Positions 40,089 to 54,986 of a stretch of DNA of 64,000 nucleotides are shown here, in pieces. This DNA comes from Thermodesulfobacteriota bacterium (lineage in GTDB: Bacteria; Desulfobacterota_D; UBA1144; Nemesobacterales; UBA2774), in NCBI GenBank assembly GCA_035325995.1, contig DAOKYU010000004.1, forward strand, positions 1,322 through 65,321, read 5' to 3'. How positions within the stretch are numbered: position 1 is the first letter of the stretch; every line of letters begins with the position of its first letter. The position numbers were made by a program, and so were the translations under genes. The notes under the pieces are model-generated. The model saw only the letters and a program-made list of their open reading frames with translations, ran no database searches and had not been told where the DNA came from.

Positions 40089-40592
40089 TCAGCCCGTAAC
40101 AGCCGCGACGGTTATCACGATCATCGCCACGGCTATCGCGCCCTTCGAGATCGTGCCCGCCACCCTGCCGAGGAAGGCCCCCCAGCCGGATTGTACGGAC
40201 TCGTTGAGGCTCTTTCCCAGTAGAAGCTCTACGGCTATCGCCCCCGCGAAGGCCCCGACGAAAGCCCCCGCTACCGCACCGATACCGAAGAAAAACGGGG
40301 CCCCCGTTATTCCGCCGGCTATGGCGCCCAGTATGGAGCCGATTATGGCCCTGTTACTCGACTTGTATTTCTTCGAGCCGGCTATTCCGAGGAGGAATTC
40401 TATAAGCTCGCCAACGAGAACGAGTATGACGAGGATTACGATTATCCTGAGCGTGATCTCCTCGAACCCGCCGTACCAGGCGTATAGGAGCGAAGTGCCC
40501 AGGATTATAAACGTCCCGGGGAGGCCGAACGGAAGCGCGGCGAGGCCTATGAGCGACGCCAGGATAAAGAGCCCGAATACGACGTAATCCAT
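40089..40592 (-). CDS. DUF456-family small membrane protein
   Basis: 167 aa with four TM segments and Gly-rich helices (GAIAGGITGAPFFFGIGAVAGAFVGAFAGA), as in DUF456. Confidence 0.7.
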   Translation of the reverse strand: MDYVVFGLFILASLIGLAALPFGLPGTFIILGTSLLYAWYGGFEEITLRIIVILVILVLVGELIEFLLGIAGSKKYKSSNRAIIGSILGAIAGGITGAPFFFGIGAVAGAFVGAFAGAIAVELLLGKSLNESVQSGWGAFLGRVAGTISKGAIAVAMIVITVAAVTG

Positions 40593-40671
40593 AATGCGTA
40601 TAGGTTTACATAAGGCGGAACATTTACAACACGCATTTTAAACGGGGGAACGGTAAAAAGCGGAGGGATGC

Positions 40672-42114
40672 TCAGACGACGGCGCGCTTCCTGGCATAGA
40701 GGAAATAGATAAGGAATCCCGCCGCCATCCATATGATGAGCCGGAGCCACGTGTCCATCGGAAGTGCGGCCATTTGAACCAGGCTGACGAGGATTCCCAT
40801 TATGGGAACGAAGGGAAAGAGGGGGGCTTTGAAGGGTCTTTCGAGGCCGGGTTCTCTATACCTTAGCACCAGCACCCCCGCGCACACTATCACGAAGGCG
40901 AGGAGAGTGCCTATCGACACGAGCTCGCCGAGGATGCCTATAGGGAAGATGCCCGCGAAGAAGGCCGCCACGACGCCCGTAAGCGCCGTCGCGAAGACAG
41001 GGGTTCTGAACTTCGTATGAACCTCGGCGAACTTATGCGGCAGCATCCTGTCCCGTGACATCGAATAGAATATCCTCGTCTGCCCGAAAAGGAGCACCAT
41101 GACGACGGAGGTGAGGCCCGCTATGGCGCCGATCTTGATGAGCGGCCGGAGCCAGTAGAGCCCCTCGCCCATGAAATCGACGGCTACGGCTATGGGGTCC
41201 GGAACGTGGAGGAGGTCGTACTTGACGACGCCCGTGAGCACGAGGGACACGGAGATGTAAAGGAGCGTCGCGACGGCGAGCGACCCGAGTATGCCTATGG
41301 GGACATTACGCTGGGGGTTTTTGGTTTCCTGCGCCGCCGTGGAAACGGCGTCGAAGCCTATGTAGGCGAAGAATATCACGCCCGCGCCGCGAAGTATGCC
41401 GCTCCAGCCGAAGTGGCCGAACGTCCCGTCGTTGGGCGGTATGAACGGGTCCCAGTTGTCGATGTTGATGTAGGAAATTCCGACGCCTATGAACACGAGA
41501 AGGACCGCGAGCTTCACGACGACTATGATGCTGTTGGCGGCCGACGATTCGCGTATCCCGGCCACGAGCACCGCCGTCGTGGCGAGGACGATGAAAACCG
41601 CCGGGAGATTGAGCGCTGCCCCGGTAAAGCCCCAGCCGTGTACGTGGTCGAACGAAAGCGGGGCCTTCGCCACTAGCTCGGGGACGATGATGCCGAAGTC
41701 CTTGAGGAAGCTGACCATGTAGCCCGACCACCCCACGGCGACTGTGGAGCTTGCGAAGAGGTATTCGAGGATCAGGTCCCACCCTATGATCCAGGCGATG
41801 AACTGACCCATCGTGGCGTAGGAATATGTGTAGGCGCTTCCTGAAACGGGGATCATCGATGCCATTTCGGCATAGCAGAGCCCCGCGAAGACGCAGCCTA
41901 TCCCGGAGAGCACGAACGAAAGGGAAAGGGCCGGCCCGGCGTACTGCGCCGCGGCCTGGCCCGTAACGACGAAGATACCGGCGCCTATTATGATGCCTAT
42001 GCCGAGGCTGGCCAGATCGAGCGGACCGAGCACGCGTTTTAATCCGCGCTGCTCGTCGTCCGCTTCTTTCGCTATCCGGTCAATGCTTTTCCTTTTAAAA
42101 AGGCTCCCTGTCAT
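40672..42114 (-). CDS. APC-superfamily amino acid permease (cationic amino acid transporter-like)
   Basis: 480 aa, about 12 TM segments. GIGIIIGAGIFVVTG near the N-terminus and YAEMASMIPVSGSAYTYSY. Confidence 0.85.
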   Translation of the reverse strand: MTGSLFKRKSIDRIAKEADDEQRGLKRVLGPLDLASLGIGIIIGAGIFVVTGQAAAQYAGPALSLSFVLSGIGCVFAGLCYAEMASMIPVSGSAYTYSYATMGQFIAWIIGWDLILEYLFASSTVAVGWSGYMVSFLKDFGIIVPELVAKAPLSFDHVHGWGFTGAALNLPAVFIVLATTAVLVAGIRESSAANSIIVVVKLAVLLVFIGVGISYINIDNWDPFIPPNDGTFGHFGWSGILRGAGVIFFAYIGFDAVSTAAQETKNPQRNVPIGILGSLAVATLLYISVSLVLTGVVKYDLLHVPDPIAVAVDFMGEGLYWLRPLIKIGAIAGLTSVVMVLLFGQTRIFYSMSRDRMLPHKFAEVHTKFRTPVFATALTGVVAAFFAGIFPIGILGELVSIGTLLAFVIVCAGVLVLRYREPGLERPFKAPLFPFVPIMGILVSLVQMAALPMDTWLRLIIWMAAGFLIYFLYARKRAVV

Positions 42115-42151
42115 CCACCCGTCCTGCGGAAGTCTAAATTACATCCGCAGT

Positions 42152-44275
<2,124 letters not shown>

Positions 44276-44714
44276 TTCAACTCTCCTTTGAGTTTATTTG
44301 GTTCAGTTTTTATTTGTGAATTGGATAAATGGAGCATTTGATGAGAGGGGAATTCCGACAGCCTGCCGGAGCCTTCGAGTCGATCGGGAAGAATACGTAA
44401 AATATCGAACATGGACGTTACTTGTATCAGGCGCGTACGCTTGGAAAGGAAGATTACTTCATCCATCCTCCAAAGATTTGGTGGAAACATATCCAACTGC
44501 ATGTCAATGTCAAGTCGAATTTTTGAATTAACGAACATGGGTGATTATACACATAATCCGGGAAAACCGTCCGCATAAAAAAATTTCCCCGTTCAGAGTC
44601 GGAAGCGGCAGAAACCGGATATGATTCCCGGAAAGAAAGTGCTAAAATTATGGCACTCCGGTTTCACCCCCGTGAAGCCCCAGAAGTAAAGAAGAGGAGA
44701 GCTAACCAGAAATA

Positions 44715-46544
44715 ATGACAATACACGCCATGCCCCTCGTCGTGGGCGCGCTCTGCGTGATGGTTATTTTTTACCGTTACTATCACGGCTTCATAGCGGC
44801 CAAGGTCGCGGCACTCGACGATTCGAGAAAGACGCCCGCTTATACGATGTACGACGGGCAGAATTACTACCCGACGAACAAGTGGGTTCTGTTCGGGCAC
44901 CATTTCGCCGCCATTACCGGGGCGGGGCCTCTCATCGGCCCCGTGCTGGCGGCGCAGTTCGGCGTCCTGCCCGGGTATTTGTGGATACTCGTAGGGGTCG
45001 TCCTGGCGGGCGCTGTTCACGATTTCATAATATTCGTGGCCTCTGTGAGGCACGGGGGCAAATCCCTGGCCGAGATAGCGAAGTCCGAGATAAGCACGGT
45101 TACGGGTTTTGTCGCCTCCATAGCCGTTCTTTTCATCCTGGTCGTCGCGCTTGCGGGGCTCGGGCTTGCGGTCGTGAACGCCCTCGCCGAAAGCTCGTGG
45201 GGTGTTTTCACCATAGGCAGCACGGTGCCCATAGCGTTCTTCATGGGCCTTTACATGTACAGGCTCCGGAAGGGCCGTATAGTGGAGGCGACGTTTATAG
45301 GAGTGGTGCTGCTAATCCTTGCCGTATTCTTCGGCAAAGACGTCGCAAATTCCTCCTTCGCCCATTATTTTACGCTCTCCAAAACGAACATCACGCTCAT
45401 CATACTCGGATACGGGTTCATAGCCTCGATACTGCCCGTGTGGCTCCTTCTGTGTCCGAGGGACTATCTGAGCTCGTTTATGAAGATAGGCACCATAGCC
45501 TTTCTGGCGATAGGCATCATCATCGTAAACCCCGAGCTCAAGATGCCGATAGTGACCGATTACATCAAGGGCGGCGGGCCGATAATCCCCGGGGCGATGT
45601 TCCCCTTCGTTTTCATAACGATAGCCTGCGGCGCGATTTCGGGATTCCACGCGCTCGTGGCGTCGGGGACCTCGCCGAAGATGGTGTCCAGGGAGTCGGA
45701 TATAAAGTCGATAGGGTTTATCGCGATGCTCATAGAAGGGTTCATAGCCATACTGGCGCTCATAGCGGCCACGGCGCTTTTCCCCGGCGACTACTTCGCG
45801 ATTAACGTGCCGGACCCGATATTCCAGACGCTCGGGCACCCGATCGTAAACCTGGAGCACCTGTCTCACCAGGTCGGCGAGAATCTCGCGGGCAGAACCG
45901 GCGGCGCAGTGTCGCTGGCGGTGGGTATGGCGCAGGTATTCACCGCCCTTCCCGGGATGGGGCACCTCATGGATTACTGGTACCACTTCGCCATAATGTT
46001 CGAGGCGTTATTCATATTGACGACCATAGACACGGGGACGAGGGTCGCGCGCTTCATGATCCAGGAATTCGGCGGGAGGTTCTATAAACCCTTCGAGAAG
46101 GTGGACCATCTCCCCTCTGCGATAATGGCGAGCGCGCTCATTTCCGTGGCGTGGGGGTATTTCGTCCTCACGGGCAGCATAAGCACGATATGGCCCATGT
46201 TCGGGACGGCGAACCAGGTGCTGGCAGGCATAGCGCTATGCGTCGGGACGACCTATATCATCAGGCTCGGGAAGGCGAAGTACGCCTGGGTTACGATGGC
46301 GCCGATGGCGTTCGTCATGGCCACGACGCTCTCGGCGGCGTGGATGAACATAGTGGACAATTTTCTCCCCATGACGAAGAAGGAGGGAATGGCGCATCAG
46401 GGATACGTGAACATCGCGTTTACGGCGGTAATGATGCTGTGCGCGATCATAATAATAATCGACTCCGTTCGGGTATGGATAAAGAAGCTCTACATCGAGA
46501 GGGGCCGGACGCCGCTCGGGGACGAAGGGGCCGTACGTGACTAA
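44715..46544 (+). CDS. cstA: Carbon starvation protein A family transporter (peptide/pyruvate uptake)
   Basis: 609 aa, polytopic. [41 protein letters not shown] and [11 protein letters not shown]. Confidence 0.9.
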   Translation: MTIHAMPLVVGALCVMVIFYRYYHGFIAAKVAALDDSRKTPAYTMYDGQNYYPTNKWVLFGHHFAAITGAGPLIGPVLAAQFGVLPGYLWILVGVVLAGAVHDFIIFVASVRHGGKSLAEIAKSEISTVTGFVASIAVLFILVVALAGLGLAVVNALAESSWGVFTIGSTVPIAFFMGLYMYRLRKGRIVEATFIGVVLLILAVFFGKDVANSSFAHYFTLSKTNITLIILGYGFIASILPVWLLLCPRDYLSSFMKIGTIAFLAIGIIIVNPELKMPIVTDYIKGGGPIIPGAMFPFVFITIACGAISGFHALVASGTSPKMVSRESDIKSIGFIAMLIEGFIAILALIAATALFPGDYFAINVPDPIFQTLGHPIVNLEHLSHQVGENLAGRTGGAVSLAVGMAQVFTALPGMGHLMDYWYHFAIMFEALFILTTIDTGTRVARFMIQEFGGRFYKPFEKVDHLPSAIMASALISVAWGYFVLTGSISTIWPMFGTANQVLAGIALCVGTTYIIRLGKAKYAWVTMAPMAFVMATTLSAAWMNIVDNFLPMTKKEGMAHQGYVNIAFTAVMMLCAIIIIIDSVRVWIKKLYIERGRTPLGDEGAVRD

Positions 46545-46935
46545 CCATTCGTCCGTGATTATTGTGAGGGAGAACGATTCCGGCGGCGGGTGCATATGCT
46601 GCTCGGGAGGGCTCGGGGAGCACGCGAAGAAAGACCCTTCTTACGGACATATAAGGACCGGCGCCGAGGAGTGCGGAAGGCTCCACAGGGAGATCAGGGA
46701 GAGGTTCGGAGAGGACGAGGTCGAGATAATTCAGATAGAGCCCAAGGATTACATATGCGTCGTGCCGAAAGTTTTGAAGGAGATATTCACACGCGGCCGT
46801 CCGATCATCCCCTCTATCAAAACGCTGATGCTATGGGAGCCGATCCCGGCGGTGATAGTGAACGGCAAGACCGTGAGCTCGGGGCGCGTCCCCGACGTCG
46901 AGGAAGTCGTAAAAGAGCTCGGCCGGAATTCATAA
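46537..46935 (+). CDS. Small CxxC protein with predicted thioredoxin/ArsD-like fold, overlapping the cstA 3' end
   Basis: 132 aa. The GTG start overlaps the cstA stop (gtgactaa). A beta-strand (VIIVRE) is followed by [10 protein letters not shown]. The C-terminal [26 protein letters not shown] resembles the ArsD / thioredoxin-like LPLLLLDGETV-x-x-GRYP segment. Family assignment is tentative. Confidence 0.4.
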   Translation: MTNHSSVIIVRENDSGGGCICCSGGLGEHAKKDPSYGHIRTGAEECGRLHREIRERFGEDEVEIIQIEPKDYICVVPKVLKEIFTRGRPIIPSIKTLMLWEPIPAVIVNGKTVSSGRVPDVEEVVKELGRNS

Positions 46936-46945
46936 TTTTACAAAA

Positions 46946-47863
46946 TCACACCGGAAGCCCCTTGTATTTCCTCCACCATATGACTATCGCACTGGCTATG
47001 AATATCGTCGAATAGGTACCGGCGATACAGCCGACTATCATCACGAATGCGAAGTCGTGAATAACCGAGCCGCCGAAGAAGAAGAGCGGAATCAGGACGA
47101 GGAAAACGGTGACGTTGGTGAGCACCGTTCTCGACAATGTCTGGTTGATGGAAAGATTGACGATGTCCGTGAAGCTGCCCTCCGCACCCTTCTTGAGATT
47201 CTCCCTTATCCTGTCGAATATGATTATGGTGTCGTTGACGGAATAACCGATGATGGTCAGGAGCGCCGCGACTATGGTGAGTGTAAAATCCTTGTCCATG
47301 AGGGACAAGGCCCCCAAGGCTATGAGAGCGTCGTGGAAAAGCGCCAGGACAGCGCCGAGCGCGAAGGCGAACTCGAACCTCAGCATGACGTAAATAAGGA
47401 TTCCGACGCACCCCAGGAGAATGGCCAGTATGGCCTTTGTCACGAGCTCGCTGCCGACGTTGGGGCCGATATAATCTACACGTAATATCGAGCCGCCTTC
47501 GAATATCGGGTTCGTTTTTACCAGCTCTCCGAGGCTCTTCTGAAAATCCTGAATCTGCTCGAACTTGACGACGTCGGGGGTGAACCTTATGAGGTATTCC
47601 CTGTCCCCTTCGATGCCGACGCGCTGAACCAGGTCGGTCGGATAGCCGGCATCCTCGAGCGTATCCCTTATGTCGTCCGGACCGACGTCTTTCGCGAGTT
47701 TTATCTGGATTTCGGTGCCGCCCGTAAACTCGACGCCCCATTCCGGTCCTTTGTGATATATGAGAGAGCCTATGGAGATGAGCATGGCCAGCAGCGAAAT
47801 CAAGGCTGCGGGCTTCATCATCCTAATAAAATTTATTTTCGTATCAGGTTTAATTAAATCCAA
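46946..47863 (-). CDS. secF: Protein translocase subunit SecF
   Basis: 305 aa. GIEFTGG-type segment (GVEFTGGT), YSVNDTIIIFDRIRE and six TM segments. Confidence 0.92.
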   Translation of the reverse strand: MDLIKPDTKINFIRMMKPAALISLLAMLISIGSLIYHKGPEWGVEFTGGTEIQIKLAKDVGPDDIRDTLEDAGYPTDLVQRVGIEGDREYLIRFTPDVVKFEQIQDFQKSLGELVKTNPIFEGGSILRVDYIGPNVGSELVTKAILAILLGCVGILIYVMLRFEFAFALGAVLALFHDALIALGALSLMDKDFTLTIVAALLTIIGYSVNDTIIIFDRIRENLKKGAEGSFTDIVNLSINQTLSRTVLTNVTVFLVLIPLFFFGGSVIHDFAFVMIVGCIAGTYSTIFIASAIVIWWRKYKGLPV

Positions 47864-47888
47864 GTCCTTTCACCCTCCTGGGTTCTCT

Positions 47889-49483
47889 TCAAATGCTCAG
47901 CTTTATGGATTTTTTGTTCTGGTAAATGTATTCCGTTATAATCCTGGCGACTATTACGTTGCTGAATACCGTTGAAACGATACCGATGGAAAGTGTCGCC
48001 GCAAAGCCTTTTATCGGCCCCGTGCCGAACCAGAACAATATAATCGCGGTAATAAGCGTGGTAATGTTGGCGTCGAGAATGGTCCAGAGGGATCTCTCGT
48101 ATCCGGCGTCTATAGCGGCGATGGGCGATTTGCCCGCCCGGAGCTCCTCCTTCATCCTTTCGAGAATGATGATGTTCCCGTCGACGGCCATACCCATCGT
48201 CAGGACGAGGCCCGCTATGCCGGGCAGGGTGAGCGTAACCCCGAACGCCGAGAAGAATCCCATTATAAAGAGCATGTTGAGCGCGAGGGCTATATCGGCC
48301 ACCACGCCCTGGAGCTTATAAACAACGACCATGAAGATCAAAACGAGAATGCCGCCGATGAGCATGGAATTCATGCCGCTATCGATCGAGTCCTTTCCGA
48401 GAGACGGCCCGACAGTCCTTTCCTGCTCGATGGTTACGGGCACGGGAAGGGCGCCCGAGCGAAGGACGAGCGCGAGGTCGTTCGCCTCGTCGGTCGTGAA
48501 GTTCCCCGTAATCCTGCCCTGCGTCGATATCCTGTCCTGAATCGTCGGGGCGGATTTGATGGTGCCGTCGAGGACGATCGCCAGCCGCTGCCCGATGCTG
48601 CTTTCCGTGAGCTCGCCGAACTTGCTGGCGCCGGCTCCCTTGAAGCTGAAGCTGACGGCCGGCCGGCCGAACTCGTCGAATATAATCCTTGCGTCGGACA
48701 GTGATTCCCCCGTCACGGGCGATTCCAGAGATGTTATAAAGTATTTCTCGTTCTCGATGCCGGTATTCCCCGGTACAAGCATGAGATTCTGCGCCGCGAG
48801 CTCTTCGGGCTTGGACACGCCGTACTTGGCGAGCAGGGTATCCTCGGACGGTCCGACGTCCTTAACTATCTTGAATTCGAGGACCGCCGAGCGCTTTATG
48901 ATGTCTATGACCCTTTGCCTGTCCCTGTCGGACGCGCCGGGGACCTGTATAAGCACCCTGTCGGCGCCGGCTTTTTGAATGGAAGGCTCTACGAGGCCGA
49001 GCTCCTGTATCCTGTTCTCCATGACCTGGCGGACCTGGTCTATGGCCTTTACCTCGGCGTCACGGACGTACGCCCCCTTGAGAGCAAACGAAAGCGAGAG
49101 GCCGTCGGCGAATATGTCCGCCCTGTCCGAGAAATTCTCGTCGGCCAGGCCACGTGCCTTGTCGAGGTCGGCCTGTGAATAAAACTCCAGCGTGAGCGTG
49201 CTGCCTTTGACGTCCGAGCTCTTTACCAGAACCTGGTCGTTCTTGAGCTCGAGGTTCATAAAGTCCCGTATGTTCGAAAGTTCGTGCGTTATTGCGGCTT
49301 CGGTGTCCACGCCCACGAGGAGGAAGATGCCGCCCCGGAGGTCGAGCCCGAGATTGATGCCCCTGTCGGGGAAGATCCTGCCCCACCATTTCGGAATGGA
49401 ATCGCCCGCCACGCTCGGAAGGAGAAGAAGCAGGGATAAAACCGTAACGACCAGTATAGTGATAATCCAGCCCTTGGAAGCTC

Positions 49484-49487
<4 letters not shown>
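47889..49487 (-). CDS. secD: Protein translocase subunit SecD
   Basis: 532 aa. LGLDLRGG, large periplasmic domain, GPSLG, TLPGIAGLVLTMGMAVDGNIIILERMKEE. Confidence 0.92.
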
Positions 49488-51821
<2,334 letters not shown>

Positions 51822-51822
<1 letters not shown>

Positions 51823-52364
51823 CAGCTGGCCGGCTGCTCCTCTTGTGTTGGTGCTTGCTGCCGCGGCGACTGCTGCTGTACAGGCGCCTGTTGCGACGGC
51901 TCACTCTGCGGCATTTCGAGGCAGTTCTTTATGCAGTTCCCGGAGGTGATCTTCCACTCCTGCTCGAAGAGGCCGAGGTCGTACTGGCTGTTCTGCGTGA
52001 GCTCGACCACCTGTCCCGTCGTCGGCGATTTTATCTTCTGGTTGAGCTCGACGACCACGATCGACGTCCTGTCGAATATCTGCGTCCCGAGTATGCGGAA
52101 GCCGAGTATGGTGAGCTGGTTATCCTTTACGGTATTCCGCATTTGTATGACATAGCCCTCTTTATCCGAGTATGGCGCGTATACGTACTGGAACGCCTTG
52201 TCGAACTTCTCGTCCTTGACGGCCTTCAGGAATTCCTCGACCACCTTCGTCGGGGAAGGCTCTATGGCCTTTCTCTCGGGGATTATGGGCTCGGCCTTCC
52301 CTCCGCACGAGAGGAGCGCCATGAATACTACCAGAATTGCGATGTGATTCCTGTAGCTCTGCAT
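51822..52364 (-). CDS. Hypothetical lipoprotein with Gln/Pro-rich C-terminal tail
   Basis: 180 aa. Signal peptide with lipobox LLSC. A body of about 130 aa (possibly NTF2/DUF4878-like). Tail QSEPSQQAPVQQQSPRQQAPTQEEQPAS. Its stop overlaps the dapB ATG by 1 nt (TGATG). Confidence 0.5.
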
Positions 52365-52582
52365 ATACCGCTCTTTTTACCGCGTAATTCCGTCAATTAG
52401 AATAAGTAGTAGCGGCGGATATATCAAGAAATATTTGGTTAAGGAAATACGTACGGCGGCGGAACCGGACGTTTTATAAAGAAGGGACGCGGATGTATAA
52501 TCCATGGGAATGCCGCAAAGGGACGCAGGAGCCGGGAGCATCCCGGGCCCGGTGCGGCGGCTTCCCGAGAGACAGGCCGCAG

Positions 52583-53119
52583 ATGAGCAGTCTTAAACAG
52601 CCAAAGCCCGTGAGGCTCATAATGGGGATAATATTCGCCCCCGCCGCGAAAATAGCGGAGTGCATGGACGAGCTTGCACGCAAGTTCGGCGAGGAGGCGT
52701 ACAGGAGCGCTCCCCGGCCTTTTGACGGCACGCATTACTATGAAGAAGAGATGGGAACGGGGCTTTTACGTATATTTACCGCATACGAGAGGCTCATTCC
52801 CCGCGAGACCATAAGGGACGTGAAGATATTTACAAACGAGGTGGAAAAGGTATTTTCATACGACGGCGGACGGACGATAAACATCGATCCCGGGTATATG
52901 GCAGAGGAGCATTTGATACTGGCGACGGGGAAAGGGTTTTCCCACCGCCCGTATCTCGGCGGCGGCGTTTACGCCGATTTGACGCTCATGTACGTTAAAG
53001 ACGAATGGAAACCGCTCGACTGGACCTACCCTGATTACAGGAAGCCCGAGACGATGGAGCTTTTCAGGAAGCTGAGAAACGAATATTCGAAACAGCTCAA
53101 AGAGGAATACAAGCGATGA
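52583..53119 (+). CDS. DUF4416-family protein
   Basis: Start taken at ATG 52583 (MSSLKQPKPVRLIMGII). FDGTHYYEEEMG ... NIDPGYM ... LILATGKGFSHRPYL ... WTYPDY matches my recollection of DUF4416. Confidence 0.65.
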   Translation: MSSLKQPKPVRLIMGIIFAPAAKIAECMDELARKFGEEAYRSAPRPFDGTHYYEEEMGTGLLRIFTAYERLIPRETIRDVKIFTNEVEKVFSYDGGRTINIDPGYMAEEHLILATGKGFSHRPYLGGGVYADLTLMYVKDEWKPLDWTYPDYRKPETMELFRKLRNEYSKQLKEEYKR

Positions 53120-53985
53120 AGAGCATGACGGGGTTTGGAAAGAGCTCGGCTGTTACAGGGTACGGGAAGGTGGCGGTCGAGGCCCGCTCGGAGAATCACA
53201 GGTACCTGGACGTCAAGCTCCAGCTCCCCGATGCGCTGGCCGCGATAGAGCCCGAGCTTTCCGAAACCGTAAGGAAGCTCCTCCACAGGGGGAAGGTCAG
53301 GATAACCGTCTCGCTCGAAGGAGTGCAGAACGGTGCGCCGTCACTCAACATAGAGCTCGCGAAGCAGTTTGGAAAGAACCTCGAAAAGCTGAGAAAGGAG
53401 CTCGGCATCAAAGAGGATCTCCGCCTCGACCATTTCCTGGCCCTCCGTGAGATATTCTCCCCGCAGCAGAGGGCGAAGCCCGACGCGAAAGACGTAAAGG
53501 CCATCGAGGGGGCGCTCGCGGGCGCCATAGAGAAGCTCGACGCGGCGAGGATATCCGAGGGGAAGAAGCTCGAGAAGGACCTCATCCGGAGAATCGGCAA
53601 GATAGAGCGCCTCACGCGGTCGATAGAAAAGAAGCGGAGGGGGTTCATGGAATCGGCTTCGGCAAAGCTCAAGGAGAGGATATCGAAGGCGCTCGAAGAC
53701 GTGCAGATAGACGAGGCCAAGCTCTACCAGGAAGCCGCGTTCCTTACGGAAAGGAGCGATATAACCGAGGAGCTCGTCAGGCTGAACGCCCACACGGCGA
53801 AGTTCAGGCAGACTATAAAGGACGGTGGATCCGTAGGCAGGGAGCTCGATTTTCTGCTGCAGGAGATGAACAGGGAGGCCGGCACGATTTCGGCCAAGGC
53901 CAAGGACGCCGAGGTTTCCCACATCACCATAGACCTCCGCTCGGAGCTCGAAAAGATAAGGGAGCAGATACAGAACATAGAATAG
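53116..53985 (+). CDS. yicC: YicC-family stress-induced protein (endoribonuclease family)
   Basis: MKSMTGFG N-terminus, SENHRYLD, and C-terminal LDFLLQEMNREANT-type segment (LDFLLQEMNREAGT) ... KIREQIQNIE. The ATG overlaps the upstream stop (ATGA). Confidence 0.85.
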   Translation: MKSMTGFGKSSAVTGYGKVAVEARSENHRYLDVKLQLPDALAAIEPELSETVRKLLHRGKVRITVSLEGVQNGAPSLNIELAKQFGKNLEKLRKELGIKEDLRLDHFLALREIFSPQQRAKPDAKDVKAIEGALAGAIEKLDAARISEGKKLEKDLIRRIGKIERLTRSIEKKRRGFMESASAKLKERISKALEDVQIDEAKLYQEAAFLTERSDITEELVRLNAHTAKFRQTIKDGGSVGRELDFLLQEMNREAGTISAKAKDAEVSHITIDLRSELEKIREQIQNIE

Positions 53986-53996
53986 TAACGGTACAA

Positions 53997-54012
53997 GGGC
54001 CGTTTTCGGCCC
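53997..54012 (+). terminator. Short GC hairpin after yicC
   Basis: gggccg tttt cggccc, 11 nt after the stop codon. No U-tract follows. Confidence 0.3.
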
Positions 54013-54116
54013 CGGGGCAGCGGGTTGAAAGGGTTTTTTCGCTATGTTATGATTCCAATCCGCTGAATTCAGTACAAATCTACATATAAACGGTTATTCC
54101 CGAGGAGTGAATAAAC

Positions 54117-54986
54117 ATGAGTATCCTGGTCAACCAGAACAGTAAGGTCATCGTACAGGGCATTACGGGGAGCGCGGGCCTCTTTCACGCAACGCAGTGC
54201 AGGGACTACGGGACGAACGTGGTCGGCGGCGTTACGCCCGGCAAGGGGGGCACGGAGGTAGAGGGTTTCCCTGTATTCGACACTGTTTCTGACGCCGTCG
54301 AGAAAACGGGGGCGGATACGTCCCTCATTTTCGTTCCCGCCGCTTTCGCCATGGACTCGATGGTCGAGGCGATAGACGCCGGAGTCGAGCTCGTCATATG
54401 CATCACCGAAGGCGTCCCGACCCAGGACATGATAAAGGTCAAGAAATACCTCGCCGGCAAGAAGTCGAGGCTCATCGGCCCGAACTGCCCCGGGGTAATG
54501 ACGCCGGGCGAGGCCAAGGTCGGCATCATGCCGGGATACATTCACATGCCGGGACGGGTCGGGATCATATCCCGGAGCGGCACGTTGACGTACGAAGCCG
54601 TCTGGCAGCTATCGAACCTCAAGATCGGCCAGTCGACGTGCGTAGGCATCGGCGGCGACCCGATAATCGGTTCCACCTTCATAGACATTCTCGGACTCTT
54701 CCAGGAAGATAAGGACACGGACGCCATAATAATGATTGGCGAGATCGGCGGCAGCGCCGAGGAAGAAGCGGCGGAGTTCATCAAGAGCAGCGTCACGAAG
54801 CCGGTAGTCGCCTTCATCGCCGGCGGCACGGCCCCCAAGGGCAAGAGGATGGGCCACGCCGGAGCTATCATCTCAGGGAGCTCCGGAAGCGCGAAGGACA
54901 AGGTAGCCGCGCTCGAAAGGGCGGGCGTCACTGTGAGCCCGAGCCCGGCCGAGATGGGCGAGACCCTGAAAAGCGCTATAGGTTAA
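54117..54986 (+). CDS. sucD: Succinate--CoA ligase (ADP-forming) alpha subunit
   Basis: [32 protein letters not shown], the catalytic His region SRSGTLTYE and MGHAGAII. Confidence 0.92.
   Translation: MSILVNQNSKVIVQGITGSAGLFHATQCRDYGTNVVGGVTPGKGGTEVEGFPVFDTVSDAVEKTGADTSLIFVPAAFAMDSMVEAIDAGVELVICITEGVPTQDMIKVKKYLAGKKSRLIGPNCPGVMTPGEAKVGIMPGYIHMPGRVGIISRSGTLTYEAVWQLSNLKIGQSTCVGIGGDPIIGSTFIDILGLFQEDKDTDAIIMIGEIGGSAEEEAAEFIKSSVTKPVVAFIAGGTAPKGKRMGHAGAIISGSSGSAKDKVAALERAGVTVSPSPAEMGETLKSAIG

Noticed and set aside
44298-44531. 77-aa (+) and 95-aa (-) ORFs in the hppA-cstA intergenic region
   Set aside because: They lie in an AT-rich region whose codon usage is unlike the surrounding genes. There is no RBS, the minus-strand ORF runs into the hppA start, and I see no recognisable motifs. 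I treat the region as regulatory DNA.
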